63,325 nt of DNA, filler included, from 14 parts of 14 records of this genome joined end to end with filler, not necessarily neighbours in it; one strand, 5' to 3'; counted from the whole stretch's first letter, positions 10,593 to 21,553 are shown. The notes: generated by a model not told the origin, from the sequence alone. Numbers and translations are program-made.

Positions 10593-13500
10593 TTACTCAT
10601 TTGCGCCAGCTACATGGCCAGTGTTGCGGAACGTGAAATTTAAACGTCCTGGTACCATATGCAGCCAGCTTGGGGCGGTGCCCTTGTCAACGCCTGCTAC
10701 TCCGTGGAACGCCAATCTGCTTTTCCCACCGAAGACAAGCAGGTCGCCACTTTCCAATCTCACGATAGATGGCTCGGTCCCACCTTCGATCGCAACTGGG
10801 CTTCCTCTTTCGTCGAACTCAAAGCGATCATGGCCGTATGCAAAATTCGCTGCAGCACCCACCGAGAGTGACACAATCGGGTCACCTCTCGCAATGACTT
10901 CGCTCGCCTCATCTCTGTCCTGGTGGACACCGAGCCGTCCCGTGGTAGAACCAACACGCTCGTCCCCAATCGGATAAAAGTTCACGATGCATGCGTCATG
11001 ACTTGTGTCCGGGATAGAGCCATCGGCCACCTGTGTCCTGACCAGGTTGAGCCCAGACTTGAAAGCCGCAGTGAGCAGATCGGGGATAGGCGGCGGTTTC
11101 GCGCTATCGTAGTCATGGCGGCGATCCTCATACAGCCTTGATTGTAAATTCCAGTGCCCTACACATTTGCAAGACAGGAGTGAGATAGATACGCGTGCTG
11201 TTGACACCCGGGAGGTAATGTGGACATCCGAGCAGCAATCAGGCACGACTCACACCCGAGATTCATCATGAAAAGCTTCTGTGCCCCTCGACTCCCGTAG
11301 CTAGGAATGTAGAATCCACCGTCTCCAACACCAAGCGCTCCCGTAGCGTTAACTATCTCCTGTTGCTCACGCGGGCTCAGAAAGCCGCGCACGATGGCCA
11401 TTCCTTCCTGTAAGACTTCTACTGTCAGCTGTGAGAGGTCGGTCGAATGTGGGAGCACAGATGCTGCACACGGCGGTGGCCTAGTTGGTAGCAGGTCTAC
11501 CACACTCAGGTTCGTTGCAATGCCCACATCACCCGGCACACGCTTACGGCCTTCCATGCTCGCTGCCAGTGCTACTGCGATATCATTTGATTCATCCAGC
11601 TCAGCCTGCAAGTTTGACTTGGCACCAGCACCACGATTCTTCTTGTGATTGGTGTGCTTTTGTAGAGAGCGCTGGGAGCCAAGACCCGCCCTCGCCATCG
11701 CCGCAGTCTTTGCAGGCAGCTTCCATATCTTTACACAACATTCACGCACTATCAGTAACACATCTGGAGATGATATGAGACGGCTGCGACACGATCTGTG
11801 CGAGTCACTTACCTTGTGCTGACCACTCACGCGCAGTGGCACGAGCAGCTGAATCGGATCTTTAGCTACAAACAGGTATGAGGAACCATTGCCTTCATCC
11901 ACCAGTTCGCCACGCTGGCATCGGTCGCGGTACTCATCCTGGTCGATGCAGTCTGTAACCTCGATGCATCCAAGCAACATCGACGATGGAAAGTGCTCTG
12001 GCCAGGGCCATTCCTCCTGCTCACCACGGCTCACTCTTTCTTCATACTCTTGTCGCATCTCCTCAGCTTCTGAAGGGTCACAGTCACGGATAGTGCTGGC
12101 GATCCAGAGGCGGCCACCTGTTGGAACGTGAAGCACGTGCAATACATGCCAGCAGTTGTGTTAGCCCAAGAGAGTGTGTGACTGAGAACCAACTGTAGCA
12201 GCTAGAATGTCCCAGTGATCAGGTACCAGAGAAAGTGCGTCAGTGCTGCTTTACGCACGATGTGCAGTCGGCCACTCACGACCCTCCACCGTTTTGATTC
12301 CAGCAACGAGAAGGGAAGCCCACGGTTGATGCATGCTAAGACACATCCCACTGTCTCTATCCATACCCATGCTGTCCACGGAATAGCTCCCGCCACCAAC
12401 CGTCCCGAAGACATTTTGTACCCGCGTTTTGCCCTTGCTTATGTACTCTTCGTCATTGTCGGCGTCTTGGGTGTTCATCTGAGCGCCATCAATGTTCGAG
12501 CGCCAGTAGTCGAGGTCCGTCCCACCACTGCCGGCATCGTCCTGAACACGCGATCGCGCGGACGACTTGCTTTCGCTGCTAGGCTCAGCATCTGGAAGAG
12601 CAGATATGATTGCAGTGTAGGCAGGCTTAGGACCGCGCAAAAAAGGGTTGCTGTAGCTGCCCCTGCCACCACCTTGGCTCCCGGCGGTAATTTCAGTCGT
12701 GCTGTTGCCACTCCGGCCACCACTGCCCCCCACCACCACTGCCCATCACGTTGTTCGCGCCGCCGCCATAAGCACTCGTACCTACGCCGCCATCATCATC
12801 GTCGTCGTCATTGTCCGTCATGCCGTCGGTATTGTCGCCTTGTGAAGCGTCGTTTTCGGGCGCGGTGATGCTGGGCATGATTTTACGCCCTGCAAAGTCA
12901 AATGACAGCTTCACTTTGCGCGCCTCTTCCCGTTCTGCCTTCTCCTTAAGCTCCGCATCAATGATGCCCTGCTCGTGCTTCTTGCGCTCCTCATCGTTCA
13001 GCCACATCAGCGTTGTCGCGGAAGCATCATACCAGTCACTCTGATCGTCGATCACTTGGGTACGCTTCGCAGCCGTGCGGTCAAATTCGAGTAGCTTGTC
13101 CTTCGCCTTGCGAGCCTTCTCGGCAAGCTCTTCGGGAGTCGCTTCTGTGGCGGGTGTACCAGGCTTTTGGTCGGGGTTTACGCTCGAGCGACCTCCCTTG
13201 ATGATCACACCCTCGTCAGAGGGCTTCGCAGTCGCTCCTCCACCTCGGCGGCTGCGGCCCTGGGCTCCAGCTCGGCGGGCATCGCGCTGCCGGCGACCTT
13301 GTTTCTGGCGCTCTTTCTGCAGCTGCGCAAGCTGCTCCTTGCTGCCCTCGACCTGCACTCCGCACGCGTACTCTTGCTGCGGGCTGCCATCCCCATCGCA
13401 AAACAAGCAGGGCCCGAGCCCAATCTGTTCGCAAACGATGAGCCCACACGCGCCACAACTGCCGATCAGCCGGTGGTGCATTCCTTGACACAGGCACATC

Positions 13501-14177
13501 TGACGTCCTTTTTTCAGGAGTTTCGATGGGTCGGCCACGCGCAGGTTGGTGGTCTTGAAGTCCACCCCGCCCTTTTTCTGCCGGTTTTCGCCTCGTTTTG
13601 CGATATTGCCGGAACGTGCAAGGATAACTGTCGAACCATTAGAGTCTTGAGTCTTCGCCTCCCCCTTTTCGGCTGCTGGGCGCACTTGATTCGGTTTATG
13701 TGGCTTCTGCTGCTTCCTCGGGACGACGAGTGTGTCGTCCTGGTCCTTCTTCGACTTGATGTAGTAGCCACCGCCAAGCGGCGGAGCAGCCGCGGCAACC
13801 GGTTCGGGTTCGGGCTCCGGCTCGGGCTGCGGCCGCAACGTGGGCGCGGCTTTTGCTGTTGGCGCACTGCTTCCGGCGGCTGCTGCAGCGCGTTCGGCCT
13901 TCCGGGCAGCTGCCCGCGCAGCTGCACGCTCGGGCCCGGGCGGCATCGACTCCCACGACACCATGCCCGACGAAGTGGGTGCAGGTGCGGGCGCAAGCGC
14001 CGCTGGCGGCGGTGAGACCGGCGCGTGCCCGCTGGGCTGCTCCAGTCGTGGGTCCTGGCCGAGCACAAGCTCAATCGCAGCGCTCGGGTCGCTGTTCAAC
14101 TCCAGCGCCATCCGAGCCTTGCCCTCAGAACAGCAGCACACGTCCACCACCATCGCAACCATACTCGGGTCCACCAT
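10593..14177 (-). CDS. TRIP4: TRIP4/ASC-1-like protein (UBA-like, zf-C2HC5, ASCH) fused to a UIM-like motif and an AlkB-family 2OG-Fe(II) dioxygenase; one frame break near 12726-12731
   Basis: Zinc finger CLCQGMHHRLIGSCGACGLIVCEQIGLGPCLFC; KDKLLEFDRTAAKRTQVIDDQSDWY; SFDFAGR; ASCH CLSMHQPWASLLVAGIKTVEGREW..HR|GRLWIA..GQHK|IWKL; AlkB DACIVNFY, HQDRDE, FHGV and RLNFTFR. Introns 12118-12258, 11729-11812 and 11159-11253. Confidence 0.85.
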
Positions 14178-15107
14178 CCGACCTGCACCGCGCGATCTCT
14201 CAGCCTGTCCAGCGTGGCCGCGCGATCTCTCAGCCTGTCCAATGTGAACAAAAGATCAGAGAAGCTCGTAATCAACCTGGTGCAACACTGCGAATCTGGA
14301 TCTCGAGGAGCGCCTCCGGCCTGCGAGCTGCGTGTGTGTACACAGGCAGCACGAACACCAGCTGCAGCGCACGCCGTACCGGAGCGCGCGCTGGACCTGC
14401 TCGCTGCTGGCCCGGGGGGCGCGCGCGCGCGCGGCACGCGCGCTGGCCCCCGCGGCGATCGAATCACGAGATCAGTGGTTCTCGTCTGGTTCTGGTTGCC
14501 TCAACCCTCAGCCAACGTGCGGCTACGATGAACACAGCGGGTACTAGTAAGTCAGGCAGGACACGGTAAGTATAACGTGACCGGATAGCGGTATTTTGCC
14601 TCATTTGGGGCACTNNNNNNNNNNNNNNNNNNNNNNNNNNNNNNNNNNNNNNNNNNNNTTAATTAATTAANNNNNNNNNNNNNNNNNNNNNNNNNNNNNN
14701 NNNNNNNNNNNNNNCTTGTGATCTCAACTCGTCGTAGCCGCTGTATGAGAATCAGCCTGGTGCAGCATGGTGTTCGTTCTGCTGACCATCAATTCGGAGT
14801 CACTGTCAATCTGGGCACTGCACGCGCTGCAGCTGCGGCTCATGCAGGTGCGGTGGTGCGCCGGTTGCATCCGGATCCTACGTATAAATGTAGATATATG
14901 CATCCGGTATGGATGTCGCGCACCCGAGCCCTTGCGGGTTCGACAATTTGTACCGAGTTTGTACTTGCGATATATCTAGCGCGCGCGCCGGCGCGCCGCG
15001 AACTAGAGGCTCGCGCCAGGTTGTCGCGACCCACGACCGGCGTAGCGTTCGTAGATATGCATTTGATGACAGTGTGTTGCTCGGGGAGATCGCCCCTGCA
15101 CGCGCCG

Positions 15108-17372
15108 ATGACGCTGCTGCTGCTGCTGCTCGCATTCGCCCTTCCTTGCATAGTGTCCCTCGACAATGGGCTGGCTCAGACGCCCTGGATGGCCTGGTCA
15201 GCGTGGGAGGTCTTCCGCTGCACGACATGCGAGCAGGATCCCGACAACTGTCTGAGCGAGCGCCTCATCAAGGACACTGCGGACGCGATGGTCAAGGGGG
15301 GGTTCCGCGACGCAGGTTACAAGATCGTGTGGATCGACGACTGCTGGGCACTCAAAGAGCGCAACGCTACCGACGGAAGGCTCGTCCCCGACCCCTCCCG
15401 CTGGCCGCATGGGCTCAAAGTGGTTGCGGACTATGTGCATTCGCTGGACATGCAGCTTGGGCTCTGTGCGTGCTGTATACAAAGCTGTCGTGCTGTCGAC
15501 TTCGACGTTCTAGCTCCGTTCTCTCCTGCTGGTCCTGCACGCTCTCGGCTTGTACCCACTTGCTGATTTTTCGCTCCGTATCTCATGCGGTGCGCCGATT
15601 GTGCCGCAGACGGCGACATTGGGACGAAAACTTGCGCAGGCTTTCCCGGCCTCGGGGGTGGTTCACCTGAGGACCTCGCCGCCGACGCGCAACAGATGGC
15701 AGAGTGGGGGATCGATGCCTTCAAGGTGGTGAGGTTGCGGAATGCTCGCGCCTGCCGAGCCTCAGGTCGCCTCTCATACAGATGAACACGGTCCATATTC
15801 TTTTGCGCAGGACGGGTGCAACGCGGTGGTTCCCGAGATGAAGTCGACGTACCCAGCGCTAGGGCGCGCGTTAGTGAGTGTACTGAAATGCAGCAGTGAC
15901 CTGCTTCTGTTCTCCAGAAACAGCGTAGCGAACTGATACTGGGTGGTTGTCTGGCACGCTGACAGAATGCGACGGGCCGGCCGATGATCTACAGCTGCAG
16001 CTGGCCCGACTACGAGCGCTCCAGTTCCATTGCCGTTAACTTTTCCCTGGTGGCCGAGCACTGTAATTCGTGGCGCATATTCTGGGACGTTCGTGAGTAT
16101 GACAATGTACACTTGCTTGCTGAAGGTGTCGGATGGACTCATACTGACGGTTGCTACAATGCGCAGAGGCAGGGCAGTACGCGCACACCCAGGCGCAGCG
16201 GTACGACTGCGCCAATGGTGTGATGGAGTTCTGGGGCTCTGGTTCCACCATGGCGGCCCAGCAGTTCTCGCCTAACTGCCCAGGCGATTGCCGCAACCAC
16301 CCAAAGCCAGTGAATCACACAGCGATGGTGGTGGCGGCGGGTCCAGGCCGGTGGAATGACGCCGACATGCTTCCCATCGGCGTCACCTTCACCATGAGCG
16401 GAGACGGCAAAAGGGTGCCCGTGAAAGCATTCACCCTTGACCAGGCTTGGTCAGCGTTTGCAATGTGGGCTATGCTAGCCTCGCCGCTGGTGAAAATGAC
16501 CTCCCATCCCGTGTCACACTGTCATCTTTCATGTTTGTACTGCCGCACACCTGCTTTCACTGACGGAACTTGCTGGCCGCTATGTGGAACAGATGATTGG
16601 GGCGGATATGCGCAATATGTCAGCTGAATTTCGGGAGGTGTGGCTTAACGAGGAGCTCATTCGCGTGAACCAAGACCCGCTGGGGAAGCAGGGTGTGCGG
16701 ATTCGTGGAAACGCTACTGAGTGCCAGGTGTGGCTGCGGCACCTCGACAATGGCAACGAGCTGTATGTCGTGCTCTTCAATAACGGCCAAGGGAGCTGCG
16801 CACCTTCTGCGCCTGCACCTGCGCGGTTCGCAGGGCCTTTCAAGCGCGCTTATTCGGACAACGACTGTCCGAACATTGGCAACCACCCAGGGAAAACGGT
16901 CGCGCAATGTGAAGAACTGTGCGCGACTACGCCTGGTTGTGACGCCTTCAACTACGGGAGCGGGTGCTCACTGCGAAGCTGTGGCGATACCCATCTGGGC
17001 AACCCTACATGGGATGATCCTCGCGTGGTGTCATATCGCACATCATCGTCGGTGCGTGACGACCAGCTCTGCGTAGCATGCCATTCCGCGTTGCGCTGCA
17101 CCACGGGACCGCAACAAGACGCTCACTGCGTCTGCTCTGATTGCTGCTGCTCTTTGAAATCGCAGGCGCCTGCTGCGAATGCTACGATGGGGTTCACATG
17201 GAAGGAGGTCGGGGTATCGCCTGAGTGCATGATGTCGACCACGGAGCTGATCACAGGCGCGTATTGGGGCACGATACAGGGGCAGCTTAGCGTGTCCTTG
17301 CGTCCGCAGGCGTCCGCAGCATTCAGGATGCACCCGCACTGCGACGTACCGGCACCACCGCCACCATTTTGA
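15108..17372 (+). CDS. GH27 alpha-galactosidase/alpha-N-acetylgalactosaminidase with an inserted PAN/Apple-like module, secreted, about 7 exons
   Basis: Signal peptide, then LDNGLAQTPWMAW, WIDDCW, WGIDAFKV|DGCN, YSCSWP, CNSWRIFWD, GPGRWNDADML and VNQDPLGKQG. Several GT-AG introns. Confidence 0.92.
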
Positions 17373-17662
17373 CGCCTGCATAATTATCGAAGCTAAATCG
17401 AGGTAGTTGTAGCCGGACGACTGTGCTGGGCAGCGGAGGAAGGCGCCAGTTTTGTGTGTGCCTTCACTGTCGGAAATGAGCAGTGAAAAGCGAAAAAGTG
17501 TTTTTGTCACATTGTCAGCGAGCGGCCTTCTGCAGCCGATTGCAGCGAAGGGACAAATGAAGTAGTGAATCAGCAATCCATGCAAACGTTGAACATCGCA
17601 TTCGCCACGCACAATGCACCACTCGAACCACTGACCTAGTGTCCAGTTTGAAGAGCTCTTGA

Positions 17663-17700
17663 GTGTGGGCGGGCAGGAGGCGACTTCTGCCCGCCCACAC
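17663..17700. repeat. GC-rich inverted repeat/hairpin between convergent genes
   Basis: gtgtgggcgggcag-gaggcgactt-ctgcccgcccacac has 14-bp perfect arms. Confidence 0.85.
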
Positions 17701-17854
17701 CGCCCCGTCGCGATCGCTAAACCCAGACTCAGGCGTGGCAATCTCGTGGTTGCGGTTTAAAACACAAGTGGTTTATCGCGAAAACGATTGACATTGATGC
17801 TGCTGTATGCTGCTGGACAAATTTCTGGTTGGTCGCACGTTGTAGTGGGGATAT

Positions 17855-18750
17855 TCACAGGTCTTGACAGGCGCTCAGGCACCCACGCTTCCACGCATCG
17901 ATCATCTGTCGCGCCATCACATTAGGCGCAATAATCTTGTTGTCACCTAAGTCGACACCCGTGCTCGGATCGATGTCATGCTCGGACAGCCATTCAACAA
18001 TAGCCTCTCGCTCGTAAGTCATTCCTGTTTTCATCACCATGACTGGGTCACGCATGCACTCGCTCGTAATCGGGCAGCACAACTCGTCTGGAGGCGTTCG
18101 GAACAGTGTCGATGCATCGTCTGCATCTGATTTTACACTAGGGCCCGTAGGAGCTTGAATGGCTGGGCTGAGTGAAGATGGCTGGTGCTCCACCTCAAGC
18201 TCTAGGTCTGGCTCTGGCTCTGGCTCTTGCACTTGTACTTGCAGCTGCACTTGCTCTGGCGCATGCTGGGGCCTACTTGTCGCCTGAGCACGACGAGCCG
18301 CGGCCGCTCGCTTTGCCTGCTGCTGTCTCCGTCGTTTCTCTTTTTTGCGCTGTGCCTTCTCGATATTGCTTGTAGCACTTGATGACTCACCGTCTAGCAT
18401 CGCCATTAGTTCCATTTCGGCGATCTTCGCCACTCGTTCCCTCTCTTCAAACGCTTGTGCCACCGCGCTCTGCACCTCATCACATAGATGTGCAAGCTCG
18501 ATGCTCCCGGAGAACAGAGACACGACCTTTTCAGCAGCGCGCTTCGCCTCAGATAGCCTGCCAGACGCCAACAATTGGAGAGCCTCTCGGTGTAGGGCTG
18601 CAGCAGTGTGCTTTGTGTTGAGATCACGTAGCCAATACAATGCTGCGGTGTTGTTGCACGCTCTGGCGATGTCTGCAGCGGTCTGATTGATTGAGTTGGT
18701 TGCAGTCACATCACATCTGACCTCCACAAGCAGCTGCATGCAGTCCACAT
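17855..18750 (-). CDS. Ankyrin-TPR-coiled-coil-U-box E3 ligase, 5'-truncated
   Basis: Ankyrin end (DCMQLLVEVRCDVTATNSINQTAADIA), a TPR-like helix pair, and U-box PPDELCCPITSECMRDPV..TGMTYEREAIVEWL..DPSTG. Confidence 0.85.
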
Positions 18751-19178
18751 NNNNNNNNNNNNNNNNNNNNNNNNNNNNNNNNNNNNNNNNNNNNTTAATT
18801 AATTAANNNNNNNNNNNNNNNNNNNNNNNNNNNNNNNNNNNNNNNNNNNNATGGACGAAATGGAGGTACTTCCCCCCCCCTCCCCCCCCCCCACCTTTTT
18901 CTCTTCCCCCCTCCCCCCTTCCCGCGCTCCCTGGCGTCTACACACTGTACACAGCGGCACGCCAGCATCGGGTCTGTGCTGCCTTGTCGCACGGGTACCC
19001 GTAGTGAGCTGTGCGGCAGGGGCTGGCTTCGTGGTGGGGATCCTGCATGCTGCGCGAAGTGGCCAGGAAGGATATGGCGGGGGATGGGTGGGGGATTGCT
19101 GCTCGGGGGTCCACGTTGGGTCCCAGTCGCGCGGTCCACACTGAGTGTGCCGTACCTGCCGCTGCCCGTGTCCTGCAG

Positions 19179-20120
19179 CTGTACAACGTTGTGACCCCGG
19201 AGCGAGGTGTGTCGTACACCCCGACGTTGGACCCGCGCAAGAAGGAAGACCCGATCTTCCCAGACAGTGATGTCGTCGAGCTCATCAACGCTCCTGCTCG
19301 CGCACTGGCTGCCGACATCAACACCGCCATCGCTGGCGAGGTTGGCAAGGTGTTCTCCGGTGACGATGTCGAGAAGTTCCAGCAGGCTGTTGAAGGAACC
19401 CTGTGTCAGGCCCCGCTGGTCGACCCCACATCCCCGTCCCCGGAGCTCGACTTCTCCGGCACACCGGCCGTGCTCGAGCAGGTCTTCGCGGAGAAGTTCC
19501 CGGACGTCGACGGCTCCGCCATCGTCGCTGCCTTTGCCGCGGAGATCGACGAGGTCGCTAACGGCGCGGCCGCGGCAGCCGCCGCGGCGAAGGCGGAGAA
19601 GGTCTCATCCGCTGCTGCCGTGTGCGCGGGCATGACGGGCACCACTGCAGTCTTCGCCGGCGCCGACGCCGCGAAGTGGATGGCTGAGGCATCCAAGCTG
19701 ACTTGCGTAGGCGCGGGCGCGGATGAGCTGCTTGCCCCGTACCCAGCAGTGGCTGCTCAGTTCTCCAAGTTTGTTGCCAAGCCGACCGCGAAGGCCGCGA
19801 AGGACATGGCAATCGCATACAGTGCCGAGTGTGATGATGTCGAGGCCGTGGGCACGATGGTCGAGCTGCTGGAGGCGCTTGTCATCCAGTCTGCTCTCTA
19901 CTCGGACGCCGGGCTCAAGGCGGAGCTCGCCGCCGTCTTCCCCAGCGAGGCTGCGCAGGCCAAGGCCTACGCCTCGTGGTGGCCGGCGTCGGGTGACGCA
20001 GCCACGGATGCCGTGGCTATCTGCTCACCGTTTGACGTGGTCGCCGACAGCGCTCTGTCTGACGCTGACTTCGTCAAGACAAAGGCCATTGTCACCAAGC
20101 ACATGATGGCCATCGCATAA
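19179..20120 (+). CDS. Last exon of an Ala-rich hypothetical protein with strong G/C-ending codon bias
   Basis: CTGCAG acceptor at 19178, followed by a long open frame with nearly all C/G third positions. No family recognised. Confidence 0.7.
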   Translation: MYNVVTPERGVSYTPTLDPRKKEDPIFPDSDVVELINAPARALAADINTAIAGEVGKVFSGDDVEKFQQAVEGTLCQAPLVDPTSPSPELDFSGTPAVLEQVFAEKFPDVDGSAIVAAFAAEIDEVANGAAAAAAAAKAEKVSSAAAVCAGMTGTTAVFAGADAAKWMAEASKLTCVGAGADELLAPYPAVAAQFSKFVAKPTAKAAKDMAIAYSAECDDVEAVGTMVELLEALVIQSALYSDAGLKAELAAVFPSEAAQAKAYASWWPASGDAATDAVAICSPFDVVADSALSDADFVKTKAIVTKHMMAIA

Positions 20121-20446
20121 ATTTGAAGTGGGTGCTATCTCAATACACGTGTGCGTATATTGATCCTGAGTATTTCCCTAGTTGTTCAAGCACGACACAA
20201 CGCTGCTAGCCACTTCGAGTATACTCAGCTTGTTTCTAGATGTCTGTGGCTGCGTCACGTGTGATCTCTTCGCGTCTCTTATATTCCACACGGATGTCCG
20301 CAAACACACAGAGGTATGCATGACTGTTCAGAACCATTTCGTCTGCATCTGCAGGCATCTCCTACTAGTATGGACATGCTGAACATTCAGCTAATCTTGT
20401 GTGAAAAGTGTGCTTGCTTGATGATAGTAAGGCAATTTCGCTCTAT

Positions 20447-21553
20447 TCACAGCTCTTCCATTTGATCGCCACGCCTGGTGTCGAAGCCACGCCCCATACC
20501 ACCACCTGCCCCTCCGCTTCGCAACAGCTCGTTCTCTTCGCGCAGCCGTGCCAATTCCGACCTTTCCTCCGAGGACATGAGAGCCTCCCGACGTAATCGT
20601 TCGTTCTCCTCCCGAAGAGTCTCACCTTGCCCCGACTGCGACAGCAGCGGAGCATCCTCTTCATCGCTCCCATCTGCGTATATTCCTTGGCTCATTCGCG
20701 CAGCGTCGCCACCGCGCCAGCGGTTGAGTTTGAGCTCAGCACTTCGCTTGAATCGCATGATTGACTCAGTCAGCTCTGGAAACTCGCGGTGCATTGGCTC
20801 CAGAATCCAGCGGTCGATGTCCGTGATGCCGCAGCACGTGCGCAATGTGAACATAATTAGAACCGCGAACAGAACCCACCGCAGTGACCAGTGCAGATGC
20901 TGGACGAGCCAGTACATGAACCAGGCGAAGGCCAGCATCGCAACTCCGACACAGACGACCTCCTGCGTGATCTCACCGGCTTGGTACCGACGGTAGACCT
21001 CACGCCCTCCCCACATGGCGTTCTCGACAGCCTCTTCGCCTTTCTCGCTAGCCATCCTGGATACATCCTCGACCCACCGCGAGTCGTAGCTGTCCCTTGC
21101 CCGGCCAGCCCCGCCTTCCCACGTGCCGTCTGCGCTTTGCGAGGTGCTGCGCCGCGCCTCTTCCTCCTGCCGCCGCTGCTGCTCTTGCTGTTGCCGCTCC
21201 CACCGCTCCGGGTTGTTGACGAACGGCATCTCTGGCGGCGGGGACGGTAGGGACGCCGAGGGCGCCGTGCTGCCGCGCGGATTCTGGCGGTAGTCCTCAT
21301 GCATTTGCCTAGTAGGATCATCGGCGAGGCGAGCCCCTTGCCCGGCTGGCTCGTACTCCGGCTCGTACTCCGGCTCTGGCGCACCATCGCCCCCGCCCTC
21401 CTCTCGCGCAACCGCGGCGGCGAACGGGAAAGCGTCGTCATCGCGGCTCGGCTCGGCCGCGGGCTCGTAGTCATGCGGCGTCGCCGAGTGGAACATCTCG
21501 CTGCTCATGCTGCTCGTCATGCCAGAGCTCTCCAGATCCGTCGAGTTCCGCAT
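20447..21553 (-). CDS. Hypothetical membrane protein (2 TM helices, C-terminal coiled coil)
   Basis: Continuous ORF with hydrophobic segments VVCVGVAMLAFAWFMYWLV and WVLFAVLIMFTL, then LREENERLRRE heptads. Confidence 0.7.
   Translation of the reverse strand: MRNSTDLESSGMTSSMSSEMFHSATPHDYEPAAEPSRDDDAFPFAAAVAREEGGGDGAPEPEYEPEYEPAGQGARLADDPTRQMHEDYRQNPRGSTAPSASLPSPPPEMPFVNNPERWERQQQEQQRRQEEEARRSTSQSADGTWEGGAGRARDSYDSRWVEDVSRMASEKGEEAVENAMWGGREVYRRYQAGEITQEVVCVGVAMLAFAWFMYWLVQHLHWSLRWVLFAVLIMFTLRTCCGITDIDRWILEPMHREFPELTESIMRFKRSAELKLNRWRGGDAARMSQGIYADGSDEEDAPLLSQSGQGETLREENERLRREALMSSEERSELARLREENELLRSGGAGGGMGRGFDTRRGDQMEEL

Noticed and set aside
14191-14241. 21-bp direct repeat (30-bp period) upstream of the TRIP4-AlkB start as a target-site duplication
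   Set aside because: No element lies between the copies. It resembles other small local tandem duplications in the window (9155, 36615, 44598).
17043-17741. 232-aa minus-strand ORF
   Set aside because: It has a non-ATG start, overlaps the GH27 3' end antisense, and has no recognisable motif.
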